A program made the position numbers and the translations under genes. From Candidatus Kapaibacterium sp. (lineage in GTDB: Bacteria > Bacteroidota > Ignavibacteria > Kapaibacteriales > UBA2268), in the NCBI GenBank assembly GCA_963665665.1, contig OY762428.1:5248001-5312000 (forward strand): a stretch of 64,000 nucleotides of DNA. Reading direction: 5' to 3'. Positions 32,028 through 42,147 of this stretch are shown here, one piece after another. The notes below the pieces were generated by a model. It worked only from the letters and a program-made list of their open reading frames with translations, did not search any database and was not told where the DNA came from. Numbering within the stretch: position 1 is the first letter of the stretch; every line of letters starts with the position of its first letter.

Positions 32028-33479
32028 ATGAAATATTTACTACTTTTAATTTTCCCGACTATACTTATCGCATCACAACCCGAATTTAATAATTATTTCA
32101 ATGACCAGACAATGAGGATAGATTATTTTCATTTTGGCCATGCAAATAGTGATAATGTATCAATCGATAAAATTTATCAATACGACAAATGGGCAGGGAA
32201 TCCGAATAAACTGATTGACAATTTCAACAATGGCGCTTATTATATAAAGATTTATGACTATCAAAGCGGACAGTTGATATATTCCTATGGCTTTGATTCT
32301 TACTTCAAGGAATACAAAACCACGCGAGCAGGTATTGAAGGAAAAACAAAAGTTTATAGTGAAACAGCCAGAATTCCATTTCCAAAATCCAAGATATATT
32401 TATCGGTTGAAATGAGATTAAGAGACCTTTCCCTGAAAGAAGTTTTCAGAACTGTAATTGATCCGAACGATGTTTCCATCATTTTTATGAAAAAACAAAA
32501 AGTAAACCTGCTGATTGATGAAACTCATATTAGCGGGAACTGTCATGATAAACTGGATATTCTGATAGTGGGCGAGGGCTATTCAAAAGAAGAAACCGAA
32601 AAATTCAAAAAGGATATGCAGCGTTTCAAAGATGTATTATTCAAATACCAACCTTATGCTGATTACAAAGATAAAATTAACCTGAGAGGAATTGTTGAAC
32701 CTATGGATGAAAGTGGTGTTGACGAGCCAAGAGCCGGAATTTTTAAAAACAGCTCGCTTTCCTGTACTTTCAATTCTCTCGGTTCCGAACGCTACCTGCT
32801 TACCGAGGACAATAAATCATTACAGGATATTGCTTATAATCTTCCATTTGATGCCCTTTATATTATGGTGAATAGTGAGCGATACGGTGGCGGCGGAATT
32901 TATAATTTCTATTGCACATTTACAGCTGATAACCAGTGGTTCGAATATCTTTTTACACATGAATTCGGCCATTCTTTTGGCGGCCTGGCTGATGAATATT
33001 TTACTTCCAGTACAGCTTACGAAGAGTTTTATCCCAAAGGCATTGAACCTGTTGAACCGAATATTACCGCACATCCCGAAGATTTGAAATGGAATGAATT
33101 TATCAGCAAAGGAATTGAGATACCGACTCCCTGGAATAAAAAGGCATTCATTGATCAGGGAATTGTTTGGGGTAAGAAACGAATGGAAATGAATGATAAT
33201 ATTGCCAGGCTAAAGAAAATTGCTGCTCCTGAGAAAGATATAAAAGAAGCCGAGAAAGAGTATGTTAAACTTGACAGAAAAAATTCCGAAGAAGTTGATG
33301 CATTGATCAGGGATAATAAATATTATGGTAAAGTCGGAGCATTCGAAGGGGCCGGTTATGTTGCCGAAGGGCTTTATCGCCCTATGATAGACTGTATAAT
33401 GTTTTCCAAAGGCAGCAAACCATTCTGCAAAGTATGTGAAAATGCAATTATTAAAAGAATTCTTCATTATGTGAATTAA
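32028..33479 (+). CDS. Peptidase M64 (IgA peptidase family) metallopeptidase, exported
   Basis: MRIDYFH N-terminal domain, YGGGGIYN, HEFGHSFGGLADEY, GAFEGAGY, CIM...PFCKVC. Confidence 0.92.
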   Translation: MKYLLLLIFPTILIASQPEFNNYFNDQTMRIDYFHFGHANSDNVSIDKIYQYDKWAGNPNKLIDNFNNGAYYIKIYDYQSGQLIYSYGFDSYFKEYKTTRAGIEGKTKVYSETARIPFPKSKIYLSVEMRLRDLSLKEVFRTVIDPNDVSIIFMKKQKVNLLIDETHISGNCHDKLDILIVGEGYSKEETEKFKKDMQRFKDVLFKYQPYADYKDKINLRGIVEPMDESGVDEPRAGIFKNSSLSCTFNSLGSERYLLTEDNKSLQDIAYNLPFDALYIMVNSERYGGGGIYNFYCTFTADNQWFEYLFTHEFGHSFGGLADEYFTSSTAYEEFYPKGIEPVEPNITAHPEDLKWNEFISKGIEIPTPWNKKAFIDQGIVWGKKRMEMNDNIARLKKIAAPEKDIKEAEKEYVKLDRKNSEEVDALIRDNKYYGKVGAFEGAGYVAEGLYRPMIDCIMFSKGSKPFCKVCENAIIKRILHYVN

Positions 33480-33701
33480 TAAATATTCCTGACCTTAAAA
33501 AGTAATCTATTTATTACCGGTATTGATATCCGGAAAAAGAGTCTAGATTTTTTAAATGAAATAGTCAATTATGATAAATCATTAAACAATGCTTTGAGGT
33601 ATGCTGTTTCTTGATTATATTGAATATTGTTGTTTCGGGAATACAGCAGGTGATAGCAATTACTGTTGTAAAAAAGGTAAACTTATTATTGAGAATTGAA
33701 G

Positions 33702-34571
33702 ATGAGAAAAATTTTATTTGTATTGGCATTCCTTATTTCGGTTCCGTTAATAGCAGACGATTTGGAAAATCTGCTTGACGGGGAACTTGATAAAGAAATT
33801 ATTTACGAGAGCGCTACATTCAAATCAACAAGAGTGGTAAACTGTCATTCAATTGAACGTGTTCGGGGAGGAGAACTTGATTTCAGGGTAGCACACAGGT
33901 TTGGCAGATTAAATTCCGGATTTGATGATTTCTTCGGATTTGATGATGCAAGTACTTATATCAGCCTTGAAACTGGCATAACCGATTGGATGATGGTTGG
34001 CCTGGGGCATGCCACAGTTAGAAAATTCAATAACGGCTTTTTGAAACTCAGCTTACTTCGCCAGGCAAAAGAAAATGCTTTCATACCCGTTTCCGTGTCT
34101 GCTTTCACGAGCATAGCACACACTTCTGTCGAATATCCTGATAGTGACCCCCGGGATGAATTTGATTCCAGGCTTGAATATGCTTTTCAGTTATTGATTG
34201 CGAGGAAATTCACATCTGATCTGTCTGTACAACTATCCCCGACTATTGTTCACAGGAATATTGTAATGGGGGAGAATGATAATAATCTTTACTCCATTGG
34301 GCTTAGTGGCAGGTATAAATTATCAAACTGGGTATCGGTCAATATTGAGTATTTCCCTGTCTTGAATAAGGATGATATGAGCGGGGCCGAATTTTTCGAT
34401 CCTATTGCTATTGGATTTGATATTGAAACCGGCGGGCATGTGTTCCAATTGTATGTTACCAATGGGATTAGCATTATTGAAAGCGGCTATATTGGCAGGA
34501 CGAGCGGAAACCTGATTGATGGTGACATACACATTGGTTTCAATATTTCAAGAATGTTTAATTTATTTTAA
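33702..34571 (+). CDS. DUF5777-like outer-membrane beta-barrel protein
   Basis: ATFKSTRVVN, HRFG, DIETGGHVFQL, GFNISR, terminal F. Confidence 0.85.
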   Translation: MRKILFVLAFLISVPLIADDLENLLDGELDKEIIYESATFKSTRVVNCHSIERVRGGELDFRVAHRFGRLNSGFDDFFGFDDASTYISLETGITDWMMVGLGHATVRKFNNGFLKLSLLRQAKENAFIPVSVSAFTSIAHTSVEYPDSDPRDEFDSRLEYAFQLLIARKFTSDLSVQLSPTIVHRNIVMGENDNNLYSIGLSGRYKLSNWVSVNIEYFPVLNKDDMSGAEFFDPIAIGFDIETGGHVFQLYVTNGISIIESGYIGRTSGNLIDGDIHIGFNISRMFNLF

Positions 34572-34587
34572 ATTAATAATGAATATT

Positions 34588-35145
34588 ATGAAGAAAAATT
34601 TTTTTTTATTACTATTATTATGTCTTACAGGTTTTTCGGTTTCCAATGCCGAAAAATATTTCACCCGGACTGCAAAAATTCACTTCGTATCCGAGACAAA
34701 AATTATTGATATTGCAGGAACATCCGATCAGGCGATTTCTTTTTTAAATATTGAAAACGGTGATATTGTTTTCGGTATTCTGATTCAATCATTCAAATTT
34801 GATCAGGCTCTGGCAGAAGAACACTTTAATGAGAACTACATGGAATCTGATGATTTTCCCAAAGCAAAATTCAAAGGAAAAATTACAAACCTTTCCGATA
34901 TTGATTTTAAAAAAAATGGTATATACAAAGTAAAAATCTCAGGAAAATTGACAATTCACGGAGTTACAAAAGAAATAGTGACGGATGCAGAAATCATAGT
35001 GAAAGGCCAAAAAATTACCGGCAAGTGTAAATTTAAAGTAGATGTTTATGACTACGGGATTGAAATTCCGGAGATTGTATCCGACAAAGTGAACAGGATA
35101 ATACCAATTGAAATTATTGCTGATTATGAAGAATTTAAGAGATAG
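34588..35145 (+). CDS. YceI family protein
   Basis: EEHFNENYMESDDFPKAKFKG, GKLTIHGVTK. Confidence 0.9.
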   Translation: MKKNFFLLLLLCLTGFSVSNAEKYFTRTAKIHFVSETKIIDIAGTSDQAISFLNIENGDIVFGILIQSFKFDQALAEEHFNENYMESDDFPKAKFKGKITNLSDIDFKKNGIYKVKISGKLTIHGVTKEIVTDAEIIVKGQKITGKCKFKVDVYDYGIEIPEIVSDKVNRIIPIEIIADYEEFKR

Positions 35146-35147
35146 TT

Positions 35148-35564
35148 ATGAAAAAGTTTATTATCACGGGTGTTTTTGTTGCTGTAGCATTAGCACTTAT
35201 TATTGTCTATAACTTTGTTTTCTCCGGGAAATCCGGATATTCTGACGTTGAACCCGAATACAGGATCAGCGCAGAAAAACTTTTCGAGGAATTCGAAGTA
35301 GATGAGGAAGCTTCCAATAAAAAGTACCTTTCTAAGATCATTGAAGTGGAAGGAAAAATTATAAAATCCGAAATTTCAGAAACTAAAAGAATATTATTTC
35401 TTGACACCGGTTCCGATATTGGAATGATCAGTTGTTCAATGTTCGATACAGAATCCAAGATCAGTTTCACGCATAACAGTATGATAAAGCTTCGGGGTAA
35501 ATGTGCCGGTTTCCTAATGGATGTAACTTTAACTGACTGCGTAATAATCGGGAATGGAAAATGA
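35148..35564 (+). CDS. OB-fold (tRNA_anti-like) membrane-anchored protein
   Basis: N-terminal TM, ISAEKLFEEF...NKKYLSKIIEVEG, GKCAG. Confidence 0.75.
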   Translation: MKKFIITGVFVAVALALIIVYNFVFSGKSGYSDVEPEYRISAEKLFEEFEVDEEASNKKYLSKIIEVEGKIIKSEISETKRILFLDTGSDIGMISCSMFDTESKISFTHNSMIKLRGKCAGFLMDVTLTDCVIIGNGK

Positions 35565-36205
35565 AGAAAATCTTAGTTTTACTATTAATATCATTATTTG
35601 TATCATGCAAAAATGAAAAAATTCCGATTGCTGCAGAATCCGGAGCAATAAAAGGTGAAGTTCTTGATGCAATGACCGGGCCTACGTACACAGCAACAGC
35701 TCCGGTAACTGGAGCAAATGTTTTTACATACCCGTTTATATCAGAAGCACTAAGTGATGTTAACGGTGAATTCCTGCTACAGGGAATACCTTCAGGTTGG
35801 TATTATCTTTATGCTGAAAAACAAGGTTACAACAAAATAATGATGCCTGTTGAAGTATTTTCTGATAAAGTCTCAGAGTCAAAGATACTCCTTAGGCCAC
35901 TAAACGAAGAAAACATACCCCCGGACACAGCTGTATGTTTGTATCCCAAGGATGGTTTCAATGTTTATGTAACAGATTTTGAGCTTCAGTGGGAATGCAC
36001 TGATCCTGATAGTAATCTCGTATTTTTTGATGTTTTTCTTGATGAAACAAATCCACCGTTTAAAAAAATTTACAGTTCGATCATGAGCCAGACTGCAAAA
36101 GTGGATAGCCTTGAAAAAGGTAAGGATTATTATTGGAGAATTTATGCCCAGGACTGGAACCATGCTTCAGTTCTCGGCCCGGTTTGGAAATTTACTGTAA
36201 AATAA
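35561..36205 (+). CDS. Lipoprotein with carboxypeptidase-regulatory-like and FN3-like domains
   Basis: Lipobox FVSC; SDVNGEF...AEKQGY; W-x3-DPD...YYWRI...VWKFT. Confidence 0.75.
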   Translation: MKKILVLLLISLFVSCKNEKIPIAAESGAIKGEVLDAMTGPTYTATAPVTGANVFTYPFISEALSDVNGEFLLQGIPSGWYYLYAEKQGYNKIMMPVEVFSDKVSESKILLRPLNEENIPPDTAVCLYPKDGFNVYVTDFELQWECTDPDSNLVFFDVFLDETNPPFKKIYSSIMSQTAKVDSLEKGKDYYWRIYAQDWNHASVLGPVWKFTVK

Positions 36206-36603
36206 ACAAAAAGGACAGTCGCCGCATACTTTTGTCCCCGTAATCATTTTCTAATGATTTTACGACGCTGTCCTGATTGAAGTACATATTTTTCAAAGCT
36301 TGCTAAAAAAAGTTGCCCGGGGTTTGACAGACAAAAAGCCGACATAACACACGAACCCCCGGCAACCCAGTCAAAGAACATGATTCTACGAACCCTTTAG
36401 CAACTCATGCTCTGAATACAAATACACTCCTGTTATTATTTTGTTACCTGCCAGTGAAAATTATTTTTTATTTAAATAAATTATAATGCCGTGTAACACA
36501 AAGGATTGATTTTGAACCTATATATAAAATATTAATTTCTTGTAATAATTCGCTGAAATTCATATATTAAATAAATCAATGAAAAACTATCCGGGGAATT
36601 AGA

Positions 36604-38208
36604 ATGAAACACATCTTAATAATATTATTATCAATGCTTTGTGCCTATTACTTAAAAGCCGAGGTTTATGAGGTTGGCAATGATAAAGAATATCAGCGTA
36701 TTGGCGACGTACCCTGGGAATCCCCATTGAATGCAGGAGATACGGTTAAAATTTATCAAAGGGATCAGCCATACAGGGAAAAATGGCTTATAACAGGCGC
36801 TGGTACTGATCATAGTCCGATTGTAATAATTGGAATACCCAATGATGCCGGATTAAAACCCGTGATTGATGGTGAAAATGCTATCACATGCCCTCGACAG
36901 AATTATTGGAACGAACCGCGTGGCGTAATAAAGATCGGCGGTTCCAATATTCCCGCTGACCAGATGCCTGAAAATATTATACTTCAGGGGCTGGATATAA
37001 GATCGGGGAGGGTTCCTTATGCATTCACAGGCAGGAACGGCATTACAGAGTATGAATGGAACAGCGCGGGCATATTTATTGAAAAAGGAAACAATATTAC
37101 AATTATGGATTGCGATTTGCACGACAATGGCAACGGGCTTTTCATAGCCGAACAGACCAACAATGCCCTGATACATGGCTGTCGCATCTACGATAATGGT
37201 AATCCGGGCCGCTATTTAGAACATAATTCCTACACAAGCGCTATGGGAATAATATTTCAGTTTAACTATTACGGACCGCTTAAAGAAGGTTGCGATGGCA
37301 ATAACCTTAAGGACAGATCAGCAGGGCTGATTGTACGTTATAACCATATCGAGGACGGAAACCGCCAGCTTGATCTTGTGGACGCAGGAAGCGAAGAACT
37401 TATAAACGATCCTTCATACAGGGAAACTTATGTTTATGGCAACGTCCTGGTGGAACACGATGGCGAGGGCAACAGCCAGATGATACATTACGGCGGAGAT
37501 TCAGGCGATGAAAACCGCCTCAGAAAAGGAACATTGTATCTATATAACAACACAATTGTCTCTTACAGGAGCGGTAACACAACACTTGTAAGGCTTTCAT
37601 CGGAACATGAGCAATGCCAGGCATTTAACAATATTATTATGGCAGATCATCTTGGATTTATCTCTGATAACGGATTCTTATGTCTTGAGAATAACTTCTT
37701 CAAAAACAATGCAGTTGTGTCGCATTCGGCTACAAACGGCGAAGTCGATGAAGAAAATAATATTAAAGCCGACGATCCGGGATTCATGGATTATTCCTGC
37801 GGGGATTTTCACCTTACAGAGAATTCCGTATGTATAGGCGCAGGGATTGATTTTCCACAGAATATCATTGAAAAAGGCCTGACACCGTTAATGGAACCCG
37901 ATATGGAAGACAGACAATACAAATCGCCGCCGGACCTCGGGGCGTTCGCGTACCCGGACGACTCGGGTATAGATGATCCTGTCGAGGAGGAAATAATTGC
38001 ATGGCCGAATCCGTTCAGAGAAGTTTTAAATATTCGCACGAGGTTCGGACAGCAAATCCGGATACAAAATATACTGGGGCAGCTTATAATGGAATACAAA
38101 GCCGGGACGGACGGCAAAGTTGAATTTCAACCGCAGGCACCAGGAATTTATTTCATAACAATCAGCAGTACAAACGGAAAAACGGTTTATAAGGCCGTAA
38201 AGATATAA
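36604..38208 (+). CDS. Right-handed beta-helix (polysaccharide lyase-like) protein with T9SS sorting domain
   Basis: HDNGNGLF, GNNLKDRSAG, YNNT, DPGF, DLGAF; C-terminal WPNPF...NILGQ...PGIYF. Confidence 0.8.
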   Translation: MKHILIILLSMLCAYYLKAEVYEVGNDKEYQRIGDVPWESPLNAGDTVKIYQRDQPYREKWLITGAGTDHSPIVIIGIPNDAGLKPVIDGENAITCPRQNYWNEPRGVIKIGGSNIPADQMPENIILQGLDIRSGRVPYAFTGRNGITEYEWNSAGIFIEKGNNITIMDCDLHDNGNGLFIAEQTNNALIHGCRIYDNGNPGRYLEHNSYTSAMGIIFQFNYYGPLKEGCDGNNLKDRSAGLIVRYNHIEDGNRQLDLVDAGSEELINDPSYRETYVYGNVLVEHDGEGNSQMIHYGGDSGDENRLRKGTLYLYNNTIVSYRSGNTTLVRLSSEHEQCQAFNNIIMADHLGFISDNGFLCLENNFFKNNAVVSHSATNGEVDEENNIKADDPGFMDYSCGDFHLTENSVCIGAGIDFPQNIIEKGLTPLMEPDMEDRQYKSPPDLGAFAYPDDSGIDDPVEEEIIAWPNPFREVLNIRTRFGQQIRIQNILGQLIMEYKAGTDGKVEFQPQAPGIYFITISSTNGKTVYKAVKI

Positions 38209-38256
38209 ATTAAAAAGGATTAAAGCTTAAATTCCATAATAGAAACATAATATATT

Positions 38257-38284
38257 ATGCAATATAATCTACATTATGTAAACT
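38257..38284 (+). other. dif-like XerC/D recombination site (11-6-11)
   Basis: ATGCAATATAA-TCTACA-TTATGTAAACT in the gap between convergent genes. The right arm matches the B. subtilis dif right arm as I recall it. Confidence 0.5.
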
Positions 38285-38394
38285 AACTTATATTATGCAA
38301 TATCCATATCAAATACATTTTCAGGCCTGCCTCTTCCCTTTTTAGTGTAAATAGTGAAAGTTTTTTATATTTCATAATTCACACTCCAAGATCA

Positions 38395-40149
38395 TCATTT
38401 ACTCATCTGAAGTATAACAAGCTTGGCATAGATACCATTTTTCTCAATAAGTTCCTTGTGAGTGCCACTTTCCCGTATTTCCCCATGGTGAAGGACTATT
38501 ATCCTGTCGGCTTTTTTAACTGTGCTCAGCCTGTGAGCAATTACTATTGAAGTTCTGCCGCTGAATAATTTATGTAGTGAATTTTCGATGATATGTTCCG
38601 TCCCCGAATCAATTCCCGAACTTGCCTCATCCAGGATCAGTATTTCAGGATCTGCGGCAAAAGCCCTGCAAATAGCTATGAGCTGCTTTTGTCCGGTTGA
38701 CAAATTTGCTCCGAAATCTCCCGGATCGTATGCGAACCGGCCCGGCAGTTTGGATATAAAACCATAAGCCCCAACTGATTTTGCAGCTTCAATTAGTTTT
38801 TTATCATCGGGTTTGGACCCCGGGATAATATTTTCCGCCAGGCTGCCCCTGAAAATGATATTTTCCTGCATAACAAGGGCGGTTAATTTTCTAAAGGCAA
38901 TTGGATTTACTTCCCTGATATCAACTCCGTCAATGAAAATGTTACCAGAAAATCCATCGTAGAATCTGAGCAACAGGTTTACAATGGTTGTTTTTCCCGA
39001 TCCTGTTGCTCCAACAATAGCTACGGTCTCCCCTTTTTTTACTTCAAAATTTATATCTCTCAATACCTGTTTTTTTCCGTCATAAGAAAATGCTAAGTTT
39101 TTGAAATGAATGCTTTGCTTGAAACTATTTTTATTGTTTCCCAAATTGTTTTCAATACTGTCCTCATCAAGGAAGGAAAATATTTTCTCGGATGATGCCA
39201 TTGCAGCCTGTAAAGTTGTATATTTCTCGGAAAGATCACGCACCGGACGAAAGAACATCTCGATATACTGCATGAATGCAATTACAACCCCGGCGCTTAG
39301 CGAATGGGATATAACCGACCCGGCAGAATACCATAACGCCAATCCAAGCGCAAAACCACTTATTAACTCTATTGCCGGAAAGAACATCGAGAAATATTTA
39401 ACTCCTTTCAGATTCAGAGATAATGCACTGAAGTTCAGGAAATTGAAATCATCTTTACTCTTGTTTTCAGCATTGAATTGCTTCACAACATGAATACCGC
39501 TGAAAGTTTCGTTCAGGAAAGAATTCATTTCTGAAATTTTAATCCTGACCAATCGATAGATCTCGCGAATTTTTTTCCTGAAAAAGAAACTGACCGCAAG
39601 CAAAACCGGTAGTACTGACAATGTAATTAATGCCAGCCCCGCATCGGTATAAAACATGAATGCAACAATCCAGACAATATAAGCTATATCAGCGATAATC
39701 AGGACAATTCCTGATGTAAAGAGTTTGTTCATTGCCTCGACGTCGTTTGTAACGCGCGTTACCGGGCTTCCGACTGGATGCTTGTCAAACCAGGATATCA
39801 ATAGTGTGTGAATTTTGTCAAAAAGGGCTTTTCTGATATCAAAAAGGACTTTCTGCCCGGTTCTGTTCATAACATAAGTCTGAAAATATTTCAATATGCC
39901 CCGCACTACCAATACAATAGTAATCAATATTGCAATTTTCAGTACTCCGTTATAATCACCGTCGGGAATGTATTCATCAATGGCAATTTTGCTTAGGTAT
40001 GGTGTAAGTGGCGCAATGCCGGAACCTAAAATGGCAAGAACAAAAGCCGAGATAGCTGCTAATTTATATGGTTTCATAAATGCCAGCAACCTTTTCACGA
40101 GTTTCCACTCCGGCTTTTTATATTCAACCGTAAAACTAACGTTCCTCAT
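38395..40149 (-). CDS. ABC exporter, fused permease/ATPase (MdlB-like)
   Basis: Six-TM domain, GATGSGKT Walker A, LSTGQKQ, ILDE, AHRLST. Confidence 0.93.
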   Translation of the reverse strand: MRNVSFTVEYKKPEWKLVKRLLAFMKPYKLAAISAFVLAILGSGIAPLTPYLSKIAIDEYIPDGDYNGVLKIAILITIVLVVRGILKYFQTYVMNRTGQKVLFDIRKALFDKIHTLLISWFDKHPVGSPVTRVTNDVEAMNKLFTSGIVLIIADIAYIVWIVAFMFYTDAGLALITLSVLPVLLAVSFFFRKKIREIYRLVRIKISEMNSFLNETFSGIHVVKQFNAENKSKDDFNFLNFSALSLNLKGVKYFSMFFPAIELISGFALGLALWYSAGSVISHSLSAGVVIAFMQYIEMFFRPVRDLSEKYTTLQAAMASSEKIFSFLDEDSIENNLGNNKNSFKQSIHFKNLAFSYDGKKQVLRDINFEVKKGETVAIVGATGSGKTTIVNLLLRFYDGFSGNIFIDGVDIREVNPIAFRKLTALVMQENIIFRGSLAENIIPGSKPDDKKLIEAAKSVGAYGFISKLPGRFAYDPGDFGANLSTGQKQLIAICRAFAADPEILILDEASSGIDSGTEHIIENSLHKLFSGRTSIVIAHRLSTVKKADRIIVLHHGEIRESGTHKELIEKNGIYAKLVILQMSK

Positions 40150-41948
40150 TTTCCAGCCTCAATTTCACGCCCATTCATCAAAGAAGATATATGCTCAAGC
40201 TTTTCAGCAAATATTTCATCAATACCCGGCTGGATATCAACGTGTTTCACTTTGTTGCCACTATACCAGAAACTCATACCTGCCTCTGCCCCCTCGTAAG
40301 CTATCAGGTATTTATCACATCCGGGCAGGGTTAAAATATTTTTAACATCAATATCCATTTCCTCAAATACGGTTTTCAATCCGGAATAAACAACAACAGG
40401 CAGCCGGCTCAGAGGTTTGCCCGTAAAAGGGATTTCTTCGACAGGTACAATTTTATCTGTTCTGATAGCTTCAGTTACATCATTTTCATTTTTTAAATTA
40501 ACTTTTCTTACCGGCTCATTAATATACCATGCTTTCTCTGCTGCCCTCGTTATAGCGGTATAAGCCCATCTAAAAAATCCTATATTATTATAACCTCTTG
40601 GCCCGGCTTTAAAATCAATAAAAGCTTTGCTCCACTCACCGCCCTGTGATTTATGGCATGTAATCGCGTAACCGAATTTCACCCTTAAGCAATTCAGGTA
40701 GGGATCATGTTTTATCAGAGCCTGGTATTCCGCCGAAGACGTCCGGAGGCCGGGATACCTGCCCCTGAAATCCTGATATAGGGCCTGCGTTTCAAGGCTG
40801 CCAATGTCTCTTTCGGTGGAATAAAGTAAAGGCTCGTAAATTTTGCATATAATATCAGTATGTTTTCCGTTGAAATCAGGAAAGCGGATTGTCAGGTCGC
40901 GGAATACAAGTTTAATAATTTCCGGGCCTTCTTTTCCATATACGGATACGGACTTTTCCTCGGCCTTCCTTCCGGCCCGGATAACCTCTCCAATCTCACC
41001 ATTCATCAGGTCAATTTTATAATTATATGTATTATTAACAACCATAACTCGATCGCCCTTACAAATTGATGCTTTTGAAGGAAAAAAATGCTTCCTGATC
41101 ATTTCGTTGTAATAACTTACCTGGCGGTTTGTAAAGGCTATCAAAATTGTTTCCGGATCAGGCTTATTACCACAGGCTTTGATATAATCATTCATAAAGT
41201 CGTGTTTGGCAGTACTATATGTATATTTACTGTCGGCGGTTATCGATATATTATAAAAATCCTCATCCCTGATACTGTTTCTAAGCGCCGTGGCATTAGC
41301 CAGAATTGAGCTTTCTTCTTTTTGCCGGACTATGTCTGTCATTTCAAAAACAGGAACATTCAATTCAAAGTTGAAATCATAATAATCAGGGCTAAGCGCA
41401 GGTGAATATTCAGAATTAACAGGAGGCAACTGTGCGGGGTCGCCAAAGAAAATAATTTTATTTTTCCTGATATTTACGAACTCAATCAGATCCTGCAGCA
41501 AATGCCCCGAACCAAACCTGAAAATGTCCTGTTCCGAATACAAGTCCGATATCATCGAGGCTTCGTCAACAAGAATCACCCCGTTAAGCATATCATTTTC
41601 TTTTAGTTCAAAAATAAATTGAAACAGCCTGCCAGTGGATTTTTTCCTTGCTCCGGCACGGTTTTCGGTGTCAATCTGATAAATTCCACGATGGATTGTT
41701 TCAGCAGCCTGCCCTGATTTTTCTGAAATAACCCTGGCGGCCCTGCCCGTTGGCGCAAGAACAGAATATTGCCTGCCGTGGGCTTCAAGGTATGCTGCAA
41801 GTTTATCAAGTAAAAATGTTTTCCCTGTACCGGCATATCCTTTCAATATAAAAACCGGATCAGAACTTTCAATAAATTCATCCATCAACTCTGCCGCTCT
41901 TTTCTGGGAGTGGCTCAATTCACTATCTATGAACTCTGTAAAACTCAA
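40146..41948 (-). CDS. RecD-like SF1 DNA helicase (AAA_30/UvrD-C-like)
   Basis: GYAGTGKT, APTGRAA, VDEASMI, GDPAQLPPV, YAITCHKSQGGEW, YTAITRA. Confidence 0.9.
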   Translation of the reverse strand: MSFTEFIDSELSHSQKRAAELMDEFIESSDPVFILKGYAGTGKTFLLDKLAAYLEAHGRQYSVLAPTGRAARVISEKSGQAAETIHRGIYQIDTENRAGARKKSTGRLFQFIFELKENDMLNGVILVDEASMISDLYSEQDIFRFGSGHLLQDLIEFVNIRKNKIIFFGDPAQLPPVNSEYSPALSPDYYDFNFELNVPVFEMTDIVRQKEESSILANATALRNSIRDEDFYNISITADSKYTYSTAKHDFMNDYIKACGNKPDPETILIAFTNRQVSYYNEMIRKHFFPSKASICKGDRVMVVNNTYNYKIDLMNGEIGEVIRAGRKAEEKSVSVYGKEGPEIIKLVFRDLTIRFPDFNGKHTDIICKIYEPLLYSTERDIGSLETQALYQDFRGRYPGLRTSSAEYQALIKHDPYLNCLRVKFGYAITCHKSQGGEWSKAFIDFKAGPRGYNNIGFFRWAYTAITRAAEKAWYINEPVRKVNLKNENDVTEAIRTDKIVPVEEIPFTGKPLSRLPVVVYSGLKTVFEEMDIDVKNILTLPGCDKYLIAYEGAEAGMSFWYSGNKVKHVDIQPGIDEIFAEKLEHISSLMNGREIEAGK

Positions 41949-42147
41949 TCGCTCACTTTTTGATTTTAAAAAAATATCAAAGTAGTTTAGAAAATTGGAA
42001 AATATGAAAAAAAATGTTTATCTTTAACCTGACTTTTGGGAATTGTATAATTATTTGAAAATTTGTAATATTATGATTTTGGATCATGTTATTAACTAAT
42101 CAACTTATTGTGTTGAAATTTATATTACTTTTGCAAAGGAGACCCCT

